NCBI GenBank assembly: GCA_965216565.1
Contig: OZ244170.1
Location: 4,416,001-4,480,000 of the forward strand
From: Bythopirellula sp.
GTDB lineage: Bacteria > Planctomycetota > Planctomycetia > Pirellulales > Lacipirellulaceae
Direction of reading: 5' to 3'
Length of the DNA stretch: 64,000 nucleotides
Every line of letters begins with the position of its first letter. Position 1 is the stretch's first letter. Positions 55,001-61,354 of this stretch are shown here, piece after piece. The notes beneath the pieces were generated by a model, which made no database searches, had not been told where the DNA came from, and saw nothing but the letters and a program-made list of their open reading frames with translations. The position numbers were made by a program, and so were the translations under genes.

Positions 55001-57085
55001 CAAGTCGCCGATGAGCCGGCCGCGCTCGCTAATTAAGCGCAAACCTTCGTCCCACGTCATGACCCCAGCGACGCATGCCGCGGCGTATTGGCCAACGCTG
55101 TGCCCCAGCACGACGTCGGGCTTGAGGCCCCAACTTTCCAGCAACTTGGCCAAGCCCATTTGGACGGCAAAGATTGCCGGCTGGGTCCAACTGGTATGGT
55201 CGATGCGGTCGGGGTGTTCCAGCAGAACTTCTAAGAGCGATCCATCGCGCCACTGGCCGAGCAGTTTCTCGCATGCGTCGATGCTGTCGCGGAACACAGC
55301 TTGCGACTCGTACAGTTCCCGAGCCATGCCGACATACTGCGAACCCTGCCCCGTGAATTGCCAGGCCACCTGCGGCGACTTGCGACGTTGGCTTTGGTAA
55401 AGGGAGTCTGCGCTGCCAGCCCGAGCCAGGGTGTTGAGTAGTTCGACCGCCTGGTTGCTATCGCGAGCCACCAGTGCCGCTCGATGTTCGAAGTGGCTGC
55501 GACCTGTGCAACTGGTGTAAGCAGCATTAGCTAGATCGATCGATTTGTTGCGGGCGATTTCCCGGGCGAATTGCTCCGCCTGTTCGAATAATGCTGTCTC
55601 GCTTTTGCCACTGACAACCATCAGCTGAGGTTCTGTCTGATCAGTATCTGGCAAACCGACTGAGCCGAGCGATTTCTGGGAGGTTTTCGATTCCTGTTGA
55701 GGGCTGTCGAGGGCTTCGATCACCACATGGGCGTTCGTGCCGCTCATGCCAAAAGCGCTAACGCCCGCGATGCGGCGGTCGCTGCCATTGGGCCAAGCCG
55801 TTGCTTCGGTCACCACTTTGACAGGGAGCTGGTCCCAGGGAATATGGGGGTTGGGAGTTTCGAAGTTGAGCTGTGCGGGAATCTTGTTGTGCTCGAGGGC
55901 CAGCAACACCTTGATAAGCCCCGCCATGCCGGCGGCCGCTTCGAGGTGACCGATATTGGTTTTCACGGAACCGACCAACAGCGGATTGTCGACAGTCCGT
56001 TCGCTGGCCAGCGCTGCCGCAGCTGCTTGAAGTTCAATCGGATCTCCAAGCTCGGTCCCAGTTCCATGGGCTTCGAGGTAGTCGACCTCGTTGGCATCGA
56101 CCCCTGCCCTTCCTAGTGCCTGGCGAATCACCTTCTGTTGTGCGCGGGGATTGGGGGCGGTTAGCCCGCTGCTGAATCCATTGTGGCCGACGGCCGAACC
56201 TCGGATCACTCCCAGGATCGGATCACCGTCGCGCTGCGCATCACTCAATCGGCGAATTGTCACCACACCGCAACCTTCACCCCGCAGATAACCGTCGGCA
56301 TCAGCATCGAAGGCGCGCGAATGGCCCTGGGGCGACAAGGCCTTAAGTTTGCAGGTGAGGATGTTGGTAGTTGGCGAGACGATAGCATTCACGCCACCCA
56401 CCAGGGCATGATCGCAATCGCGACGCTGGAGACTTTGAATTGCCAGATGCAAAGCCACGAGCGAAGACGAGCAAGCTGTATCGACCGCGACACTAGGTCC
56501 CTCGAGCCCCAGGAAGTAGGCCAACCGCCCGCAGAGAAAGCTGCCCGCGGCACCGGTGGCAATGTAGGGATTGAGATTCAGAAACGAATCGCTGGCTTCG
56601 TTCTGGTAATCGTTGTGCATCCAGCCGACGAAGATGCCAGTATTTGCACCAATCTGTTCCGGCTGCCAACCGGCCCGTTCTAAGGCTTCCCACCCGACTT
56701 CCATTAGCAGGCGTTGCTGTGGGTCGACCCAGGTCGCTTCGCGTGGCGAGATGCCAAAAAACTCCGGGTCCATTTGATCCAGATCGTCCAGGAACACGCC
56801 ATGACGGGCGTACATTTTGCCGGGGACTTCGGGATCCTCGTTGTAGAACGCGGGCAAGTCCCAACGGTCGTCCGGAATTTCGCTGACTTCATCCGTCTGG
56901 TCAACCAGGCATTGCCAAAACTGCTCGGGCGTGCGCGCCCGGCGAGGAAAGCGACAGGCCATCGAGACGATTGCAATCGGCTCGCCTCCGACCTGCTGGG
57001 CATCGGCGAGCTGTTGTTTCAATTCGCGTATGGCAAGCAGTGCCTGCTTGTTAGGCGAAAGTGGGTTGGAGGGTGAGTCGCTCAT
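49025..57085 (-). CDS. Type I PKS: KS-AT-DH-KR-ACP-KS(Cys->Ser)-degenerate AT
   Basis: KS1 DTACSSS/HGTGT/NIGH; AT1 GHSVG + HAFH; DH HPLLG...DHQV...P; KR TGGLGKLG, LDD, YATAN; ACP GLDSL; KS2 DTASSSS/HGTGT/NISH; AT2 GTGIG. Confidence 0.93.
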   Translation of the reverse strand: MSDSPSNPLSPNKQALLAIRELKQQLADAQQVGGEPIAIVSMACRFPRRARTPEQFWQCLVDQTDEVSEIPDDRWDLPAFYNEDPEVPGKMYARHGVFLDDLDQMDPEFFGISPREATWVDPQQRLLMEVGWEALERAGWQPEQIGANTGIFVGWMHNDYQNEASDSFLNLNPYIATGAAGSFLCGRLAYFLGLEGPSVAVDTACSSSLVALHLAIQSLQRRDCDHALVGGVNAIVSPTTNILTCKLKALSPQGHSRAFDADADGYLRGEGCGVVTIRRLSDAQRDGDPILGVIRGSAVGHNGFSSGLTAPNPRAQQKVIRQALGRAGVDANEVDYLEAHGTGTELGDPIELQAAAAALASERTVDNPLLVGSVKTNIGHLEAAAGMAGLIKVLLALEHNKIPAQLNFETPNPHIPWDQLPVKVVTEATAWPNGSDRRIAGVSAFGMSGTNAHVVIEALDSPQQESKTSQKSLGSVGLPDTDQTEPQLMVVSGKSETALFEQAEQFAREIARNKSIDLANAAYTSCTGRSHFEHRAALVARDSNQAVELLNTLARAGSADSLYQSQRRKSPQVAWQFTGQGSQYVGMARELYESQAVFRDSIDACEKLLGQWRDGSLLEVLLEHPDRIDHTSWTQPAIFAVQMGLAKLLESWGLKPDVVLGHSVGQYAAACVAGVMTWDEGLRLISERGRLIGDLPAGGRMLAVFTPLDAVQDEIESSGLSLAALNGTHLVISGAEEKVAQAENRFAELNIRTKSLTTSHAFHSALMDPVLEPFQQFAAQIDFQPTQIPLVCNVTGQVVAADTVLDASYWSQHIRQPVRFSTAIETLNDMGCDAILELGPQAVLSRMAAANWKQDPSSLISCLQKESSDNESILQAVGQLYVHGVTPNFDELFAGKSCQRILLPTYPFQRRRFWGPDKPGAFHSDYHTAHPLLGSKVSLAGTANESRFESFLEPDSPSWLPDHQVMEHVVVPGAAFVELALAAAEGGELTDIAFQQPLRPSARTTLQTIVRTAEDKTRTIETHSQPTGSANWQCNFSAKIAKTDRPAPAVIDRSQVEAACEHSANPEDFYAKMLELGLQYGPEFQTIQSLRYSQTDVLAQLTTNSDVRGFTLPPMLLDGALHSLAVGLLQNDDGNLFLPVGIGRVRCLQPIEGEVWCHAHWTQNEGNLRTADLHLFDNSGNVLVEIEGLKVQQFDRAAFRKLSGSGAERLLYELRWEPSRLPPATTDSKQWWVIEHEDDPKDLARNTIEKLTAEGHSVTRISLSPNTAFSEQGESHYTFCGMQHENWKEFFEQSAAQSAPAGICWFVNRQDKTSDALDEIPNGTQSDCAGLLHLIATLEEKEIRGLECGLQLVTVGAVEAAVHGTAANLTVDPHQTQFWGLGRVIGAEQPELRCRLVDLEPEASEQAAPANSLVEILLAETTDSQFAIRDSQLLVPRMKQARPNRSAGNLEIKADASYLITGGLGKLGRLAAKWLADESAGEVVLVSRRAPDESTQQILDEIEHSGCRVVVHSANLSNQADVEKLFARFGKDLQPLAGVIHAAGVLDDALLANQTWDRFQKVLGPKIIGSTLLHEHTKSLDLDFFVLYSSAASILGSPGQSNYATANAYLDGLAWHRRAQGLPATSVNWGPWTEGMADDERILKRMALQGITPMTAGEAHEALGKVQQAKITQSLAIDVDWQRMRSSMGGQAPPVLAELMPATRRRQSGDSELVTKLKKLRGPDQRELLLATIQGTIGEILSSSEAPETDRPLIEMGLDSLMAVEFGTELARLLGDDIAIGPTMFFEHPTIDAITDYLLEMIVGQGEEESAEPSAIAASATDAPHIAPQAREDIAIVGMSCRFPGAHNLDEFWDNLLQGVDSVNEIPADRWDIEHFYDAEGAPGKMPTREGGFLEDIGQFDPEFFNISAQEACWIDPQHRLLLENSYHALEHAGIATQPLADANVGVFMGIMGQDYAFLPRLGDEEIIKAFQGAGLSHSAGVGRISYIFGFEGPSIAVDTASSSSLVAVLQAVRSLQDGNCNMALAGGVNAILAPVNSLLMSKAGLLAPDGRCKSFSAEANGFGRGEGCGVVVLKRLSDAQRQGDRVLAVIRGGAIVHNGFSGGITSPSGRSQSRMIGEAIKDAGVAPGEVQYLEAHGTGTEFGDAMELGAAATVYGKGRKRDQPLLVGSVKANISHLEAAGGISGLIKTVLALDSGVIPRQVHFEKPSTHIPWSRLPVQVVNDQTAWPEAEQRVAGVTALGLVGTNAHVILSSAEQSDETAAEEPAPEVQRPANLLPLSARSPAALIELAQRYRQFIDTNPESDLADICHTAGVGRRHHEHRVALLAESREQLLNGLDRLLTEESERLAAKANQAEVNGAYSVNGNGKKSGTPTASSTAKVACVFAGTASDDLTAGRQLYSAEPEFRSLITEFDKRLADHFAGGDLLPSQLQDWFSADHHEPPETNDLHLYALQAGIAKLWQSWGIEPDAVFGTGIGQYTATCAAGGLCYFDALVLIAERLRLQSEFDIPPSSDESDLNDDQRAALDRFEALADTFNYYPPNLPLVCSLDAQLIPVHRSLGGSYWRRHCIESPSDAALEVLHSTNPQYVLGVGPEDSMNEFSKQLTAASASRFIPSLSSDTHASSSLLAALGQLYQSGFNPDFPALDKPWARQRIALPNYPFQKQRYWITEIADHVQEVAESVPS

Positions 57086-57266
57086 GTTTCTCGGTGGTAT
57101 CGTCTGGATCCTTTTGGAATTCACATCTTTTTCTTAACAGGAGGAAACGGAGGAAGCAGAGGAATAGATTGGAACTTTTTCTGTTTTCGCTGTTTCCTGC
57201 TGTTTGAATCAATTCACTGTCGAATTGAGTTTCTGTTGTTGAGTCTCGTTCTATTGAAACGTGAAT

Positions 57267-59282
57267 TTATGCGTTTCCCAACTCGCGCATTAATTCTTGA
57301 TAGGCTTCGTCTTCGGACATGGACTCGACGTCCGCTTGCAGCTGGTTGCCCGGCGGATTGGCATCGCTTGAGGCGGGCACTACGGCTGCGGGGCTGTCGA
57401 CCTTGGGTGCAGGTTCCTTGGTTTGCTTATCTGCTGACAAGGTTTCCACTAGGAACTCCGCCAGATCGACGATGCGGGGATAATCGAAAACCAGGGTGGC
57501 CGGGAGGGGATGGTCGCTCCCCACTTCTGCTTGCAGTTGGTTGCTGACCTCCACGATCATTAGCGAATCGAGCCCAACGTCCAGGAAGCGTGCCTCCGGC
57601 GGAGGCAGTTCTTGCTCGGGAGTGAGCGTCTGGACCATGGTTTGAATGAATGTCGTCGCCTCGCGTTTCCAATTGGCTTTGTGGGTGTGGGCGAGCAGTG
57701 GAGCCAACTGGGGTGCGGGCAGTTGCGACTTGCTCGGCAAAGCATCGCCAGTCATTGCAGTTTCTGCGGATGGACTCGCACTGTGCTGTTCCCTCAGAAC
57801 TTTCTTGAGGACTTTGCCGGAGGGGTTCCGGGGCAGCTTCTCGAGCAGGAACACTCGTCGCGGTGCTTTATAATTTGCCAAATGGTCTTGGCCGAATTGC
57901 TTGATCTCCGAAATAAATTCTTCCTCGTCATTCGCAGTGCCCTCGGCAGGCGCGACGAAAGCAACAACCTGTTCGCCAAAGACTTCATCGGGAAGCCCCA
58001 CTACCGCCACTTCTGCGATACTAGGGTGATCGAGTAGCACACGCTCTACTTCCGCGGGGTAAACTTTCAGCCCTCCCACCGCGATCATGTCTTTCAGTCG
58101 ATCGACGATGTAGAAGAAGCCATCTATGTCTTGTTTGCCGATATCACCCGAGTGGAACCAGCCATCACGAAGCACCTCGGCTGTTTCATCTGGTCGATTC
58201 CAATAACCGAGCATCACGTTAGGGCCGCGAATGGCGATCTCGCCAAGTTCGTCAGCAGGGCAAGGTTCGCCCGTTTCGGAATCGACAATTCGCATTTGCA
58301 CGTTGTCGATCGGCGTTCCAATCGAACCGGCTAAGTACTTGAGGTGATGGTTGTAGCTGGCAAAAGGAGACGTTTCTGTTAAACCATAACCTTCGTTGAT
58401 CGGCATGCCAAATTTATCCAGCCAGCGCTCACTAATCTGGAGCGGTAGCGGGGCGGCAGCGGAGAAACAGTACCGCACGCTCGCTAGATCGCTGGGCACG
58501 CAGCTCTCGTGAAAGAGCTGAAACATAGTGGGCACGCCGTAGAGTTGGGTGACCTGTTCGGTGGCGATCAGTTGCTTGGACTCTAAGAGATCAAAGCTTC
58601 GCTGCAGCACCAACTTCGCACCGACGTTTAACGCGGAATTGAGCAATGCGTTTTGGCCAAAACAGTGAAACAATGGCACGGCTAACAGGATACGATCCTC
58701 CGCACGCATGTCGCAAAGATGATTGAAGGCATGCACATTGCTGCGGACGTTGCTGTGCGACAGGGTCGCGCCTTTGGGGACCCCGGTTGTGCCGGAGGTG
58801 TAGAGTATCAAGGCAGGGTCGTCCGGTTTCGCATCTACCCAAGCTGAGCTGCCAGGTAGATCGGTCGGCAGTGGCTTGCCATCGCATTGGCTGGCATCTT
58901 CGGTTACTTCGAGTACAGCGATGTCGGAAGACTCTAAAGCGGTGGAAACCGCAGCGAGTGCCGTGGAATCGGTAACCAAGGCTCGAGCCCCCGAGTCGGA
59001 GATCACAAAGCTAACTTCGTCGGCTACCGATCGTGTGCTAATCGATAACGCCACACCACCGATGCGTAATGCCGCGTAGTACCAAACCACAAACGAAGGC
59101 ACATTCGGCAGCATGATGGCCACGCGATCGCCGGGCGCGACACCTGCACGACGCAGGAGTTCAGCCGCTTGTATCGTGAGCGCGTCGAGCTGAGCGTAGC
59201 TGTAGCGACGGCTCTCGAAAACGAGTGCTTCCCGATCGGGAACCAGGCGCGCCGGGACGGTCAAATGTTCGCAAATATTCAT
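57267..59282 (-). CDS. Acyl-AMP/CoA ligase fused to ACP (loading protein)
   Basis: YTSGTTGVPKG, EGYGLTE, FHSGD, LPRNPSGKV; C-terminal ACP GLDSLM and acidic docking helix. Confidence 0.9.
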   Translation of the reverse strand: MNICEHLTVPARLVPDREALVFESRRYSYAQLDALTIQAAELLRRAGVAPGDRVAIMLPNVPSFVVWYYAALRIGGVALSISTRSVADEVSFVISDSGARALVTDSTALAAVSTALESSDIAVLEVTEDASQCDGKPLPTDLPGSSAWVDAKPDDPALILYTSGTTGVPKGATLSHSNVRSNVHAFNHLCDMRAEDRILLAVPLFHCFGQNALLNSALNVGAKLVLQRSFDLLESKQLIATEQVTQLYGVPTMFQLFHESCVPSDLASVRYCFSAAAPLPLQISERWLDKFGMPINEGYGLTETSPFASYNHHLKYLAGSIGTPIDNVQMRIVDSETGEPCPADELGEIAIRGPNVMLGYWNRPDETAEVLRDGWFHSGDIGKQDIDGFFYIVDRLKDMIAVGGLKVYPAEVERVLLDHPSIAEVAVVGLPDEVFGEQVVAFVAPAEGTANDEEEFISEIKQFGQDHLANYKAPRRVFLLEKLPRNPSGKVLKKVLREQHSASPSAETAMTGDALPSKSQLPAPQLAPLLAHTHKANWKREATTFIQTMVQTLTPEQELPPPEARFLDVGLDSLMIVEVSNQLQAEVGSDHPLPATLVFDYPRIVDLAEFLVETLSADKQTKEPAPKVDSPAAVVPASSDANPPGNQLQADVESMSEDEAYQELMRELGNA

Positions 59283-59327
59283 GGTGTTCGGAGGCTGCTA
59301 CGTTTCGCGTAGCCAGAGTAATTGCAG

Positions 59328-61034
59328 CTAACTGTCGCCAAGAAATTGATGGTAAGATTCCAGCACAGGGGAGATCGAATTGACAATTGCTCCGTCACTG
59401 CCAATTTGATCGACCAAGGCTGCAAGATCTTGCTCCAGCCAACGATCCGAGTCATCCATGAGAAAAGGTTGTTTGCCAGTCGGCTCGCAACCCACCGCAA
59501 GCGTTGCCGCCGTATAAAGGGGTTCTAGTGTTTCGCCCAACAGGGCCCGCCCATCGTAATGCCCGCAAAGCATCTTGGCACGTAAGTCGAGTGCCTGGAT
59601 AGAAAACACCAAGGCAACTGCGGAGTAGTGTTGAAATAGTTCGACCGAACGCCAGGCCATGTTTGCCGATCCCCAGCTCAGACCGTTGATATTTTGGTTA
59701 AATTGCTCGGCATGGGTGGGGAAGTGCTCGACGATTGGGTTGCCCAGGTAGGTGAGCATCGGCATGATCGAATTGCCGGTAATCTGCAATCCCTTCAAAC
59801 CCATGTTGTAGGGCAGTCGATCGTTGCCTCGTAGCGAACTTGGCAAGCCGTTGTTAAAAGATGGCGCGACCAGCGACGCGATCTGCACATCGAGATGCTT
59901 GGCAAGTAAGCCGAGAAAGCGACGCAAATCGTCCATCGCCATACCAACATACTGACCCAGGAAATTGCCACTTTGGTAGAACTGCTCCGACTTGGAATCG
60001 ATCAGCGGATTATCGGAGACCGCGTTCATTTCGGTCTCAACCGTCTCAGTGATTCGAGCCATTCCCTCGATGATGGGGCCCATGTATTGAGGCAAGCAGC
60101 GGAGTGAGTAGCGGTCTTGGATGCCCCCCGGCTGGATCTCAGAATTCGCGGCACCGTTGAGCGCGGCCCGATCTTCTTTGAAGAGCCGATGCATCATATT
60201 AGCCGTCCAGACCTGACCAGGATGGGGCTTGCGGGCGTGGACGAAACCCTCAAAGGGTTCGATTTGCACTTGGAGTGCTTCAAGCATCATGGCTTGCGTG
60301 CAGAGCGCAAGTGCCATGAGCCCGGTCGATTCAGCTATGCAGTTCGCGGCAATCGCCGATGAAAACGACGTGCCATTGACGATGGCTAGACCTTCCTTGG
60401 GACGAAGTTCTAATGGCTCCAAGTTTAATGCTTCCAGCGCAGCCGGGCCGGGTATCTCTTTGTCGCCGAACTCAACGTTGACAGAGTTGCTGTGCCCGGT
60501 GATGGCTCGCGCAATAGCGGAAAGTGGGACGAGATCGCCGCTAGCGCCGATCGACCCCAGTTCACGCACCACGGGAGTAGCACCCGAGTTCAAAAAGTGA
60601 ACGAGCCGTTGGATAATTTCTAGACGTGTGCCAGAGTAACCACGGAACAGGACATTGGCTCGTAGAGCCATCGCGGCCCGGACGTGGCGTTTGTCGACTG
60701 GCTGCCCTGCACCAGTGGCTAGGAACGAGAGCAGATTGTTCTGCGATGCGGCCGCAAGATCGCAGGGCACCGGCACGTCGGCCATTCCACCGAAGCCGGT
60801 GGTAACTCCATAGATCGCCCAGCCTTCGTCAACCGCCCGTTCGACCAAGCCAGCAGCAGTGGCGATGCGCTCAATTCTTGTTGGGTCGTCACTGAGAGAA
60901 AGTTGGCAGGTCGCTTTGCCGATCTCGCAGACTTGCCCAATCTCTAGAGGGGAACCGTCGATCACAAGTTGTGGCGATGAGGAGACCCGCTGATCTTCGG
61001 CTATCAACATATTTTCTTCGCTGCTCGAGAGCAT
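59328..61034 (-). CDS. Aromatic amino acid ammonia-lyase, Phe-type (PAL)
   Basis: YGVTTGFG, MIO-forming GASGD, QDRYSLRC; specificity segment NLLSFLATGAG (FL) as in cyanobacterial PALs. Confidence 0.85.
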   Translation of the reverse strand: MLSSSEENMLIAEDQRVSSSPQLVIDGSPLEIGQVCEIGKATCQLSLSDDPTRIERIATAAGLVERAVDEGWAIYGVTTGFGGMADVPVPCDLAAASQNNLLSFLATGAGQPVDKRHVRAAMALRANVLFRGYSGTRLEIIQRLVHFLNSGATPVVRELGSIGASGDLVPLSAIARAITGHSNSVNVEFGDKEIPGPAALEALNLEPLELRPKEGLAIVNGTSFSSAIAANCIAESTGLMALALCTQAMMLEALQVQIEPFEGFVHARKPHPGQVWTANMMHRLFKEDRAALNGAANSEIQPGGIQDRYSLRCLPQYMGPIIEGMARITETVETEMNAVSDNPLIDSKSEQFYQSGNFLGQYVGMAMDDLRRFLGLLAKHLDVQIASLVAPSFNNGLPSSLRGNDRLPYNMGLKGLQITGNSIMPMLTYLGNPIVEHFPTHAEQFNQNINGLSWGSANMAWRSVELFQHYSAVALVFSIQALDLRAKMLCGHYDGRALLGETLEPLYTAATLAVGCEPTGKQPFLMDDSDRWLEQDLAALVDQIGSDGAIVNSISPVLESYHQFLGDS

Positions 61035-61354
61035 CTTGCCCTTTAATGTGCCTACGCTTTTGCGGTCGGTGCGGTAATCTTTGGGGAACGTCGGGACACG
61101 TTTAGGTAATTTGCGTTAACTGTCGAATTGGCCGGTTATTCTAATAGAATTTCTAGGCGTGAAACAGTTGCTGGAAACCGAACGATCGTCTGCTTCCCTG
61201 AGAATACGACAGATTGGCTTGATTCGTTCAGGGTGGTCGGCACCGAGGATTGGCGCCGACACGGGCTGCTGGGAGTGGGTTTCAGAGATAAGTCCCGGTT
61301 GACTAGGCACTTAAGTCAGATTGCCATTCGCCCCCAGAGCGAGTGGCACCTTGT

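Noticed and set aside
59328..61034. Histidine ammonia-lyase (hutH) call
   Set aside because: Specificity residues are FL rather than SH and the context is biosynthetic.
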